Shown: one piece after another, positions 1-15,000 of the stretch
Layout: each line of letters starts with the position of its first letter
Numbering within the stretch: the stretch's first letter is position 1
Source: Squalus acanthias
Taxonomy: Eukaryota
Direction of reading: 5' to 3'
NCBI GenBank assembly: GCA_030390025.1
Contig: CM059441.1
Location: 62,434,001 to 62,498,000 of the forward strand
DNA length: 64,000 bases
Notes under the pieces: model-generated
Database searches by the model: none
The model's input: the letters and a program-made list of their open reading frames with translations, nothing else
What the model was told of the DNA's origin: nothing
Translations under genes and position numbers: made by a program

Positions 1-3000
1 GATATTGAACAGTGTTGGGTTTGATTATTGATATTGAACAGTGTTGGGTTTGATTATTGATATTGAACAGTGTTGGGTTTGATTATTGATATTGAACAGT
101 GTTGGGTTTGATTATTGATATTGAACAGTGTTGGGTTTGATTATTGATATTGAACAGTGTTGGGTTTGATTATTGATACTGAACAGTGTTGGGTTTGATT
201 ATTGATATTGAACAGTGTTGGGTTTGATTATTGATATTGAACAGTGTTGGGTTTGATTATTGATATTGAACAGTGTTGGGTTTGATTATTGATATTGAAC
301 AGTGTTGGGTTTGATTATTGATATTGAACAGTGTTGGGTTTGATTATTGATATTGAACAGTGTTGGGTTTGATTATTGATATTGAACAGTGTTGGGTTTG
401 ATTATTGATATTGAACAGTGTTGGGTTTGATTATTGATATTGAACAGTGTTGGGTTTGATTATTGATATTGAACAGTGTTGGGTTTGATTATTGATATTG
501 AACAGTGTTGGGTTTGATTATTGATATTGAACAGTGTTGGGTTTGATTATTGATATTGAACAGTGTTGGGTTTGATTATTGATATTGAACAGTGTTGGGT
601 TTGATTATTGATATTGAACAGTGTTGGGTTTGATTATTGATATTGAACAGTGTTGGGTTTGATTATTGATATTGAACAGTGTTGGGTTTGATTATTGATA
701 TTGAACAGTGTTGGGTTTGATTATTGATATTGAACAGTGTTGGGTTTGATTATTGATATTGAACAGTGTTGGGTTTGATTATTGATATTGAACAGTGTTG
801 GGTTTGATTATTGATATTGAACAGTGTTGGGTTTGATTATTGATATTGAACAGTGTTGGGTTTGATTATTGATATTGAACAGTGTTGGGTTTGATTATTG
901 ATATTGAACAGTGTTGGGTTTGATTATTGATATTGAACAGTGTTGGGTTTGATTATTGATATTGAACAGTGTTGGGTTTGATTATTGATATTGAACAGTG
1001 TTGGGTTTGATTATTGATACTGAACAGTGTTGGGTTTGATTATTGATACTGAACAGTGTTGGGTTTGATTATTGATATTGAACAGTGTTGGGTTTGATTA
1101 TTGATACTGAACAGTGTTGGGTTTGATTATTGATATTGAACAGTGTTGGGTTTGATTATTGATATTGAACAGTGTTGGGTTTGATTATTGATATTGAACA
1201 GTGTTGGGTTTGATTATTGATATTGAACAGTGTTGGGTTTGATTATTGATATTGAACAGTGTTGGGTTTGATTATTGATATTGAACAGTGTTGGGTTTGA
1301 TTATTGATATTGAACAGTGTTGGGTTTGATTATTGATATTGAACAGTGTTGGGTTTGATTATTGATATTGAACAGTGTTGGGTTTGATTATTGATATTGA
1401 ACAGTGTTGGGTTTGATTATTGATATTGAACAGTGTTGGGTTTGATTATTGATATTGAACAGTGTTGGGTTTGATTATTGATATTGAACAGTGTTGGGTT
1501 TGATTATTGATATTGAACAGTGTTGGGTTTGATTATTGATATTGAACAGTGTTGGGTTTGATTATTGATATTGAACAGTGTTGGGTTTGATTATTGATAT
1601 TGAACAGTGTTGGGTTTGATTATTGATATTGAACAGTGTTGGGTTTGATTATTGATATTGAACAGTGTTGGGTTTGATTATTGATATTGAACAGTGTTGG
1701 GTTTGATTATTGATATTGAACAGTGTTGGGTTTGATTATTGATATTGAACAGTGTTGGGTTTGATTATTGATATTGAACAGTGTTGGGTTTGATTATTGA
1801 TATTGAACAGTGTTGGGTTTGATTATTGATATTGAACAGTGTTGGGTTTGATTATTGATATTGAACAGTGTTGGGTTTGATTATTGATATTGAACAGTGT
1901 TGGGTTTGATTATTGATATTGAACAGTGTTGGGTTTGATTATTGATATTGAACAGTGTTGGGTTTGATTATTGATATTGAACAGTGTTGGGTTTGATTAT
2001 TGATATTGAACAGTGTTGGGTTTGATTATTGATATTGAACAGTGTTGGGTTTGATTATTGATATTGAACAGTGTTGGGTTTGATTATTGATATTGAACAG
2101 TGTTGGGTTTGATTATTGATATTGAACAGTGTTGGGTTTGATTATTGATATTGAACAGTGTTGGGTTTGATTATTGATATTGAACAGTGTTGGGTTTGAT
2201 TATTGATATTGAACAGTGTTGGGTTTGATTATTGATATTGAACAGTGTTGGGTTTGATTATTGATATTGAACAGTGTTGGGTTTGATTATTGATATTGAA
2301 CAGTGTTGGGTTTGATTATTGATATTGAACAGTGTTGGGTTTGATTATTGATATTGAACAGTGTTGGGTTTGATTATTGATATTGAACAGTGTTGGGTTT
2401 GATTATTGATATTGAACAGTGTTGGGTTTGATTATTGATATTGAACAGTGTTGGGTTTGATTATTGATATTGAACAGTGTTGGGTTTGATTATTGATATT
2501 GAACAGTGTTGGGTTTGATTATTGATATTGAACAGTGTTGGGTTTGATTATTGATATTGAACAGTGTTGGGTTTGATTATTGATATTGAACAGTGTTGGG
2601 TTTGATTATTGATATTGAACAGTGTTGGGTTTGATTATTGATATTGAACAGTGTTGGGTTTGATTATTGATATTGAACAGTGTTGGGTTTGATTATTGAT
2701 ATTGAACAGTGTTGGGTTTGATTATTGATATTGAACAGTGTTGGGTTTGATTATTGATATTGAACAGTGTTGGGTTTGATTATTGATATTGAACAGTGTT
2801 GGGTTTGATTATTGATATTGAACAGTGTTGGGTTTGATTATTGATATTGAACAGTGTTGGGTTTGATTATTGATATTGAACAGTGTTGGGTTTGATTATT
2901 GATATTGAACAGTGTTGGGTTTGATTATTGATATTGAACAGTGTTGGGTTTGATTATTGATATTGAACAGTGTTGGGTTTGATTATTGATATTGAACAGT

Positions 3001-6000
3001 GTTGGGTTTGATTATTGATATTGAACAGTGTTGGGTTTGATTATTGATATTGAACAGTGTTGGGTTTGATTATTGATATTGAACAGTGTTGGGTTTGATT
3101 ATTGATATTGAACAGTGTTGGGTTTGATTATTGATATTGAACAGTGTTGGGTTTGATTATTGATATTGAACAGTGTTGGGTTTGATTATTGATATTGAAC
3201 AGTGTTGGGTTTGATTATTGATATTGAACAGTGTTGGGTTTGATTATTGATATTGAACAGTGTTGGGTTTGATTATTGATATTGAACAGTGTTGGGTTTG
3301 ATTATTGATATTGAACAGTGTTGGGTTTGATTATTGATATTGAACAGTGTTGGGTTTGATTATTGATATTGAACAGTGTTGGGTTTGATTATTGATATTG
3401 AACAGTGTTGGGTTTGATTATTGATATTGAACAGTGTTGGGTTTGATTATTGATATTGAACAGTGTTGGGTTTGATTATTGATATTGAACAGTGTTGGGT
3501 TTGATTATTGATATTGAACAGTGTTGGGTTTGATTATTGATATTGAACAGTGTTGGGTTTGATTATTGATATTGAACAGTGTTGGGTTTGATTATTGATA
3601 TTGAACAGTGTTGGGTTTGATTATTGATATTGAACAGTGTTGGGTTTGATTATTGATATTGAACAGTGTTGGGTTTGATTATTGATATTGAACAGTGTTG
3701 GGTTTGATTATTGATATTGAACAGTGTTGGGTTTGATTATTGATATTGAACAGTGTTGGGTTTGATTATTGATATTGAACAGTGTTGGGTTTGATTATTG
3801 ATATTGAACAGTGTTGGGTTTGATTATTGATATTGAACAGTGTTGGGTTTGATTATTGATATTGAACAGTGTTGGGTTTGATTATTGATATTGAACAGTG
3901 TTGGGTTTGATTATTGATATTGAACAGTGTTGGGTTTGATTATTGATATTGAACAGTGTTGGGTTTGATTATTGATATTGAACAGTGTTGGGTTTGATTA
4001 TTGATATTGAACAGTGTTGGGTTTGATTATTGATATTGAACAGTGTTGGGTTTGATTATTGATATTGAACAGTGTTGGGTTTGATTATTGATATTGAACA
4101 GTGTTGGGTTTGATTATTGATATTGAACAGTGTTGGGTTTGATTATTGATATTGAACAGTGTTGGGTTTGATTATTGATATTGAACAGTGTTGGGTTTGA
4201 TTATTGATATTGAACAGTGTTGGGTTTGATTATTGATATTGAACAGTGTTGGGTTTGATTATTGATATTGAACAGTGTTGGGTTTGATTATTGATATTGA
4301 ACAGTGTTGGGTTTGATTATTGATATTGAACAGTGTTGGGTTTGATTATTGATATTGAACAGTGTTGGGTTTGATTATTGATATTGAACAGTGTTGGGTT
4401 TGATTATTGATATTGAACAGTGTTGGGTTTGATTATTGATATTGAACAGTGTTGGGTTTGATTATTGATATTGAACAGTGTTGGGTTTGATTATTGATAT
4501 TGAACAGTGTTGGGTTTGATTATTGATATTGAACAGTGTTGGGTTTGATTATTGATATTGAACAGTGTTGGGTTTGATTATTGATATTGAACAGTGTTGG
4601 GTTTGATTATTGATATTGAACAGTGTTGGGTTTGATTATTGATATTGAACAGTGTTGGGTTTGATTATTGATATTGAACAGTGTTGGGTTTGATTATTGA
4701 TATTGAACAGTGTTGGGTTTGATTATTGATATTGAACAGTGTTGGGTTTGATTATTGATATTGAACAGTGTTGGGTTTGATTATTGATATTGAACAGTGT
4801 TGGGTTTGATTATTGATATTGAACAGTGTTGGGTTTGATTATTGATATTGAACAGTGTTGGGTTTGATTATTGATATTGAACAGTGTTGGGTTTGATTAT
4901 TGATATTGAACAGTGTTGGGTTTGATTATTGATATTGAACAGTGTTGGGTTTGATTATTGATATTGAACAGTGTTGGGTTTGATTATTGATATTGAACAG
5001 TGTTGGGTTTGATTATTGATATTGAACAGTGTTGGGTTTGATTATTGATATTGAACAGTGTTGGGTTTGATTATTGATACTGAACAGTGTTGGGTTTGAT
5101 TATTGATATTGAACAGTGTTGGGTTTGATTATTGATATTGAACAGTGTTGGGTTTGATTATTGATATTGAACAGTGTTGGGTTTGATTATTGATATTGAA
5201 CAGTGTTGGGTTTGATTATTGATATTGAACAGTGTTGGGTTTGATTATTGATATTGAACAGTGTTGGGTTTGATTATTGATATTGAACAGTGTTGGGTTT
5301 GATTATTGATATTGAACAGTGTTGGGTTTGATTATTGATATTGAACAGTGTTGGGTTTGATTATTGATATTGAACAGTGTTGGGTTTGATTATTGATATT
5401 GAACAGTGTTGGGTTTGATTATTGATATTGAACAGTGTTGGGTTTGATTATTGATATTGAACAGTGTTGGGTTTGATTATTGATATTGAACAGTGTTGGG
5501 TTTGATTATTGATATTGAACAGTGTTGGGTTTGATTATTGATATTGAACAGTGTTGGGTTTGATTATTGATATTGAACAGTGTTGGGTTTGATTATTGAT
5601 ATTGAACAGTGTTGGGTTTGATTATTGATATTGAACAGTGTTGGGTTTGATTATTGATACTGAACAGTGTTGGGTTTGATTATTGATATTGAACAGTGTT
5701 GGGTTTGATTATTGATATTGAACAGTGTTGGGTTTGATTATTGATATTGAACAGTGTTGGGTTTGATTATTGATATTGAACAGTGTTGGGTTTGATTATT
5801 GATATTGAACAGTGTTGGGTTTGATTATTGATATTGAACAGTGTTGGGTTTGATTATTGATATTGAACAGTGTTGGGTTTGATTATTGATATTGAACAGT
5901 GTTGGGTTTGATTATTGATATTGAACAGTGTTGGGTTTGATTATTGATATTGAACAGTGTTGGGTTTGATTATTGATATTGAACAGTGTTGGGTTTGATT

Positions 6001-9000
6001 ATTGATATTGAACAGTGTTGGGTTTGATTATTGATATTGAACAGTGTTGGGTTTGATTATTGATATTGAACAGTGTTGGGTTTGATTATTGATATTGAAC
6101 AGTGTTGGGTTTGATTATTGATATTGAACAGTGTTGGGTTTGATTATTGATATTGAACAGTGTTGGGTTTGATTATTGATATTGAACAGTGTTGGGTTTG
6201 ATTATTGATATTGAACAGTGTTGGGTTTGATTATTGATATTGAACAGTGTTGGGTTTGATTATTGATATTGAACAGTGTTGGGTTTGATTATTGATATTG
6301 AACAGTGTTGGGTTTGATTATTGATATTGAACAGTGTTGGGTTTGATTATTGATATTGAACAGTGTTGGGTTTGATTATTGATATTGAACAGTGTTGGGT
6401 TTGATTATTGATATTGAACAGTGTTGGGTTTGATTATTGATATTGAACAGTGTTGGGTTTGATTATTGATATTGAACAGTGTTGGGTTTGATTATTGATA
6501 TTGAACAGTGTTGGGTTTGATTATTGATATTGAACAGTGTTGGGTTTGATTATTGATATTGAACAGTGTTGGGTTTGATTATTGATATTGAACAGTGTTG
6601 GGTTTGATTATTGATATTGAACAGTGTTGGGTTTGATTATTGATATTGAACAGTGTTGGGTTTGATTATTGATATTGAACAGTGTTGGGTTTGATTATTG
6701 ATATTGAACAGTGTTGGGTTTGATTATTGATATTGAACAGTGTTGGGTTTGATTATTGATATTGAACAGTGTTGGGTTTGATTATTGATATTGAACAGTG
6801 TTGGGTTTGATTATTGATATTGAACAGTGTTGGGTTTGATTATTGATATTGAACAGTGTTGGGTTTGATTATTGATATTGAACAGTGTTGGGTTTGATTA
6901 TTGATATTGAACAGTGTTGGGTTTGATTATTGATATTGAACAGTGTTGGGTTTGATTATTGATATTGAACAGTGTTGGGTTTGATTATTGATATTGAACA
7001 GTGTTGGGTTTGATTATTGATATTGAACAGTGTTGGGTTTGATTATTGATATTGAACAGTGTTGGGTTTGATTATTGATATTGAACAGTGTTGGGTTTGA
7101 TTATTGATATTGAACAGTGTTGGGTTTGATTATTGATATTGAACAGTGTTGGGTTTGATTATTGATATTGAACAGTGTTGGGTTTGATTATTGATATTGA
7201 ACAGTGTTGGGTTTGATTATTGATATTGAACAGTGTTGGGTTTGATTATTGATATTGAACAGTGTTGGGTTTGATTATTGATATTGAACAGTGTTGGGTT
7301 TGATTATTGATATTGAACAGTGTTGGGTTTGATTATTGATATTGAACAGTGTTGGGTTTGATTATTGATATTGAACAGTGTTGGGTTTGATTATTGATAT
7401 TGAACAGTGTTGGGTTTGATTATTGATATTGAACAGTGTTGGGTTTGATTATTGATATTGAACAGTGTTGGGTTTGATTATTGATATTGAACAGTGTTGG
7501 GTTTGATTATTGATATTGAACAGTGTTGGGTTTGATTATTGATATTGAACAGTGTTGGGTTTGATTATTGATATTGAACAGTGTTGGGTTTGATTATTGA
7601 TATTGAACAGTGTTGGGTTTGATTATTGATATTGAACAGTGTTGGGTTTGATTATTGATATTGAACAGTGTTGGGTTTGATTATTGATATTGAACAGTGT
7701 TGGGTTTGATTATTGATATTGAACAGTGTTGGGTTTGATTATTGATATTGAACAGTGTTGGGTTTGATTATTGATATTGAACAGTGTTGGGTTTGATTAT
7801 TGATATTGAACAGTGTTGGGTTTGATTATTGATATTGAACAGTGTTGGGTTTGATTATTGATATTGAACAGTGTTGGGTTTGATTATTGATATTGAACAG
7901 TGTTGGGTTTGATTATTGATATTGAACAGTGTTGGGTTTGATTATTGATATTGAACAGTGTTGGGTTTGATTATTGATATTGAACAGTGTTGGGTTTGAT
8001 TATTGATATTGAACAGTGTTGGGTTTGATTATTGATATTGAACAGTGTTGGGTTTGATTATTGATATTGAACAGTGTTGGGTTTGATTATTGATATTGAA
8101 CAGTGTTGGGTTTGATTATTGATATTGAACAGTGTTGGGTTTGATTATTGATATTGAACAGTGTTGGGTTTGATTATTGATATTGAACAGTGTTGGGTTT
8201 GATTATTGATATTGAACAGTGTTGGGTTTGATTATTGATATTGAACAGTGTTGGGTTTGATTATTGATATTGAACAGTGTTGGGTTTGATTATTGATATT
8301 GAACAGTGTTGGGTTTGATTATTGATATTGAACAGTGTTGGGTTTGATTATTGATATTGAACAGTGTTGGGTTTGATTATTGATATTGAACAGTGTTGGG
8401 TTTGATTATTGATATTGAACAGTGTTGGGTTTGATTATTGATATTGAACAGTGTTGGGTTTGATTATTGATATTGAACAGTGTTGGGTTTGATTATTGAT
8501 ATTGAACAGTGTTGGGTTTGATTATTGATATTGAACAGTGTTGGGTTTGATTATTGATATTGAACAGTGTTGGGTTTGATTATTGATATTGAACAGTGTT
8601 GGGTTTGATTATTGATATTGAACAGTGTTGGGTTTGATTATTGATATTGAACAGTGTTGGGTTTGATTATTGATATTGAACAGTGTTGGGTTTGATTATT
8701 GATATTGAACAGTGTTGGGTTTGATTATTGATATTGAACAGTGTTGGGTTTGATTATTGATATTGAACAGTGTTGGGTTTGATTATTGATATTGAACAGT
8801 GTTGGGTTTGATTATTGATATTGAACAGTGTTGGGTTTGATTATTGATATTGAACAGTGTTGGGTTTGATTATTGATATTGAACAGTGTTGGGTTTGATT
8901 ATTGATATTGAACAGTGTTGGGTTTGATTATTGATATTGAACAGTGTTGGGTTTGATTATTGATATTGAACAGTGTTGGGTTTGATTATTGATATTGAAC

Positions 9001-12000
9001 AGTGTTGGGTTTGATTATTGATATTGAACAGTGTTGGGTTTGATTATTGATATTGAACAGTGTTGGGTTTGATTATTGATATTGAACAGTGTTGGGTTTG
9101 ATTATTGATATTGAACAGTGTTGGGTTTGATTATTGATATTGAACAGTGTTGGGTTTGATTATTGATATTGAACAGTGTTGGGTTTGATTATTGATATTG
9201 AACAGTGTTGGGTTTGATTATTGATATTGAACAGTGTTGGGTTTGATTATTGATATTGAACAGTGTTGGGTTTGATTATTGATATTGAACAGTGTTGGGT
9301 TTGATTATTGATATTGAACAGTGTTGGGTTTGATTATTGATATTGAACAGTGTTGGGTTTGATTATTGATATTGAACAGTGTTGGGTTTGATTATTGATA
9401 TTGAACAGTGTTGGGTTTGATTATTGATATTGAACAGTGTTGGGTTTGATTATTGATATTGAACAGTGTTGGGTTTGATTATTGATATTGAACAGTGTTG
9501 GGTTTGATTATTGATATTGAACAGTGTTGGGTTTGATTATTGATATTGAACAGTGTTGGGTTTGATTATTGATATTGAACAGTGTTGGGTTTGATTATTG
9601 ATATTGAACAGTGTTGGGTTTGATTATTGATATTGAACAGTGTTGGGTTTGATTATTGATATTGAACAGTGTTGGGTTTGATTATTGATATTGAACAGTG
9701 TTGGGTTTGATTATTGATATTGAACAGTGTTGGGTTTGATTATTGATATTGAACAGTGTTGGGTTTGATTATTGATATTGAACAGTGTTGGGTTTGATTA
9801 TTGATATTGAACAGTGTTGGGTTTGATTATTGATATTGAACAGTGTTGGGTTTGATTATTGATATTGAACAGTGTTGGGTTTGATTATTGATATTGAACA
9901 GTGTTGGGTTTGATTATTGATATTGAACAGTGTTGGGTTTGATTATTGATATTGAACAGTGTTGGGTTTGATTATTGATATTGAACAGTGTTGGGTTTGA
10001 TTATTGATATTGAACAGTGTTGGGTTTGATTATTGATATTGAACAGTGTTGGGTTTGATTATTGATATTGAACAGTGTTGGGTTTGATTATTGATATTGA
10101 ACAGTGTTGGGTTTGATTATTGATATTGAACAGTGTTGGGTTTGATTATTGATATTGAACAGTGTTGGGTTTGATTATTGATATTGAACAGTGTTGGGTT
10201 TGATTATTGATATTGAACAGTGTTGGGTTTGATTATTGATATTGAACAGTGTTGGGTTTGATTATTGATATTGAACAGTGTTGGGTTTGATTATTGATAT
10301 TGAACAGTGTTGGGTTTGATTATTGATATTGAACAGTGTTGGGTTTGATTATTGATATTGAACAGTGTTGGGTTTGATTATTGATATTGAACAGTGTTGG
10401 GTTTGATTATTGATATTGAACAGTGTTGGGTTTGATTATTGATATTGAACAGTGTTGGGTTTGATTATTGATATTGAACAGTGTTGGGTTTGATTATTGA
10501 TATTGAACAGTGTTGGGTTTGATTATTGATATTGAACAGTGTTGGGTTTGATTATTGATATTGAACAGTGTTGGGTTTGATTATTGATATTGAACAGTGT
10601 TGGGTTTGATTATTGATATTGAACAGTGTTGGGTTTGATTATTGATATTGAACAGTGTTGGGTTTGATTATTGATATTGAACAGTGTTGGGTTTGATTAT
10701 TGATATTGAACAGTGTTGGGTTTGATTATTGATATTGAACAGTGTTGGGTTTGATTATTGATATTGAACAGTGTTGGGTTTGATTATTGATATTGAACAG
10801 TGTTGGGTTTGATTATTGATATTGAACAGTGTTGGGTTTGATTATTGATATTGAACAGTGTTGGGTTTGATTATTGATATTGAACAGTGTTGGGTTTGAT
10901 TATTGATATTGAACAGTGTTGGGTTTGATTATTGATATTGAACAGTGTTGGGTTTGATTATTGATATTGAACAGTGTTGGGTTTGATTATTGATATTGAA
11001 CAGTGTTGGGTTTGATTATTGATATTGAACAGTGTTGGGTTTGATTATTGATATTGAACAGTGTTGGGTTTGATTATTGATATTGAACAGTGTTGGGTTT
11101 GATTATTGATATTGAACAGTGTTGGGTTTGATTATTGATATTGAACAGTGTTGGGTTTGATTATTGATATTGAACAGTGTTGGGTTTGATTATTGATATT
11201 GAACAGTGTTGGGTTTGATTATTGATATTGAACAGTGTTGGGTTTGATTATTGATATTGAACAGTGTTGGGTTTGATTATTGATATTGAACAGTGTTGGG
11301 TTTGATTATTGATATTGAACAGTGTTGGGTTTGATTATTGATATTGAACAGTGTTGGGTTTGATTATTGATATTGAACAGTGTTGGGTTTGATTATTGAT
11401 ATTGAACAGTGTTGGGTTTGATTATTGATATTGAACAGTGTTGGGTTTGATTATTGATATTGAACAGTGTTGGGTTTGATTATTGATATTGAACAGTGTT
11501 GGGTTTGATTATTGATATTGAACAGTGTTGGGTTTGATTATTGATATTGAACAGTGTTGGGTTTGATTATTGATATTGAACAGTGTTGGGTTTGATTATT
11601 GATATTGAACAGTGTTGGGTTTGATTATTGATATTGAACAGTGTTGGGTTTGATTATTGATATTGAACAGTGTTGGGTTTGATTATTGATATTGAACAGT
11701 GTTGGGTTTGATTATTGATATTGAACAGTGTTGGGTTTGATTATTGATATTGAACAGTGTTGGTTTGATTATTGATATTGAACAGTGTTGGGTTTGATTA
11801 TTGATATTGAACAGTGTTGGGTTTGATTATTGATATTGAACAGTGTTGGGTTTGATTATTGATATTGAACAGTGTTGGGTTTGATTATTGATATTGAACA
11901 GTGTTGGGTTTGATTATTGATATTGAACAGTGTTGGGTTTGATTATTGATATTGAACAGTGTTGGGTTTGATTATTGATATTGAACAGTGTTGGGTTTGA

Positions 12001-15000
12001 TTATTGATATTGAACAGTGTTGGGTTTGATTATTGATATTGAACAGTGTTGGGTTTGATTATTGATATTGAACAGTGTTGGGTTTGATTATTGATATTGA
12101 ACAGTGTTGGGTTTGATTATTGATATTGAACAGTGTTGGGTTTGATTATTGATATTGAACAGTGTTGGGTTTGATTATTGATATTGAACAGTGTTGGGTT
12201 TGATTATTGATATTGAACAGTGTTGGGTTTGATTATTGATATTGAACAGTGTTGGGTTTGATTATTGATATTGAACAGTGTTGGGTTTGATTATTGATAT
12301 TGAACAGTGTTGGGTTTGATTATTGATATTGAACAGTGTTGGGTTTGATTATTGATATTGAACAGTGTTGGGTTTGATTATTGATATTGAACAGTGTTGG
12401 GTTTGATTATTGATATTGAACAGTGTTGGGTTTGATTATTGATATTGAACAGTGTTGGGTTTGATTATTGATATTGAACAGTGTTGGGTTTGATTATTGA
12501 TATTGAACAGTGTTGGGTTTGATTATTGATATTGAACAGTGTTGGGTTTGATTATTGATATTGAACAGTGTTGGGTTTGATTATTGATATTGAACAGTGT
12601 TGGGTTTGATTATTATTGAACAGTGTTGGGTTTGATTATTGATATTGAACAGTGTTGGGTTTGATTATTGATATTGAACAGTGTTGGGTTTGATTATTGA
12701 TATTGAACAGTGTTGGGTTTGATTATTGATATTGAACAGTGTTGGGTTTGATTATTGATATTGAACAGTGTTGGGTTTGATTATTGATATTGAACAGTGT
12801 TGGGTTTGATTATTGATATTGAACAGTGTTGGGTTTGATTATTGATATTGAACAGTGTTGGGTTTGATTATTGATATTGAACAGTGTTGGGTTTGATTAT
12901 TGATATTGAACAGTGTTGGGTTTGATTATTGAACAGTGTTGGGTTTGATTATTGAACAGTGTTGGGTTTGATTATTGATATTGAACAGTGTTGGGTTTGA
13001 TTATTGAACAGTGTTGGGTTTGATTATTGATATTGAACAGTGTTGGGTTTGATTATTGATATTGAACAGTGTTGGGTTTGATTATTGATATTGAACAGTG
13101 TTGGGTTTGATTATTGATATTGAACAGTGTTGGGTTTGATTATTGATATTGAACAGTGTTGGGTTTTGATTATTGAACAGTGTTGGGTTTGATTATTGAT
13201 ATTGAACAGTGTTGGGTTTGATTATTGATATTGAACAGTGTTGGGTTTGATTATTGATATTGAACAGTGTTGGGTTTGATTATTGATATTGAACAGTGTT
13301 GGTTTGATTATTGATATTGAACAGTGTTGGGTTTGATTATTGATATTGAACAGTGTTGGGTTTGATTATTGATATTGAACAGTGTTGGGTTTGATTATTG
13401 ATATTGAACAGTGTTGGGTTTGATTATTGATATTGAACAGTGTTGGGTTTGATTATTGATATTGAACAGTGTTGGGTTTGATTATTGATATTGAACAGTG
13501 TTGGGTTTGATTATTGATATGAACAGTGTTGGGTTTGATTATTGATATTGAACAGTGTTGGGTTTGATTATTGATATTGAACAGTGTTGGGTTTGATTAT
13601 TGATATTGAACAGTGTTGGGTTTGATTATTGATATTGAACAGTGTTGGGTTTGATTATTGATATTGAACAGTGTTGGGTTTGATTATTGATATTGAACAG
13701 TGTTGGGTTTGATTATTGATATTGAACAGTGTTGGGTTTGATTATTGATATTGAACAGTGTTGGGTTTGATTATTGATATTGAACAGTGTTGGGTTTGAT
13801 TATTGATATTGAACAGTGTTGGGTTTGATTATTGATATTGAACAGTGTTGGGTTTGATTATTGATATTGAACAGTGTTGGGTTTGATTATTGATATTGAA
13901 CAGTGTTGGGTTTGATTATTGATATTGAACAGTGTTGGGTTTGATTATTGATATTGAACAGTGTTGGGTTTGATTATTGATATTGAACAGTGTTGGGTTT
14001 GATTATTGATATTGAACAGTGTTGGGTTTGATTATTGATATTGAACAGTGTTGGGTTTGATTATTGATATTGAACAGTGTTGGGTTTGATTATTGATATT
14101 GAACAGTGTTGGGTTTGATTATTGATATTGAACAGTGTTGGGTTTGATTATTGATATTGAACAGTGTTGGGTTTGATTATTGATATTGAACAGTGTTGGG
14201 TTTGATTATTGATATTGAACAGTGTTGGGTTTGATTATTGATATTGAACAGTGTTGGGTTTGATTATTGATATTGAACAGTGTTGGGTTTGATTATTGAA
14301 CAGTGTTGGGTTTGATTATTGATATTGAACAGTGTTGGGTTTGATTATTGATATTGAACAGTGTTGGGTTTGATTATTGATATTGAACAGTGTTGGGTTT
14401 GATTATTGATATTGAACAGTGTTGGGTTTGATTATTGATATTGAACAGTGTTGGGTTTGATTATTGATATTGAACAGTGTTGGGTTTGATTATTGATATT
14501 GAACAGTGTTGGGTTTGATTATTGATATTGAACAGTGTTGGGTTTGATTATTGATATTGAACAGTGTTGGGTTTGATTATTGATATTGAACAGTGTTGGG
14601 TTTGATTATTGATATTGAACAGTGTTGGGTTTGATTATTGATATTGAACAGTGTTGGGTTTGATTATTGATATTGAACAGTGTTGGGTTTGATTATTGAT
14701 ATTGAACAGTGTTGGGTTTGATTATTGATATTGAACAGTGTTGGGTTTGATTATTGATATTGAACAGTGTTGGGTTTGATTATTGATATTGAACAGTGGG
14801 GGTTGGGTTTGATTATTGATATTGAACAGTGTTGGGTTTGATTATTGATATTGAACAGTGTTGGGTTTGATTATTGATATTGAACAGTGTTGGGTTTGAT
14901 TATTGATATTGAACAGTGTTGGGTTTGATTATTGATATTGAACAGTGTTGGGTTTGATTATTGATATTGAACAGTGTTGGTTTGATTATTGATATTGAAC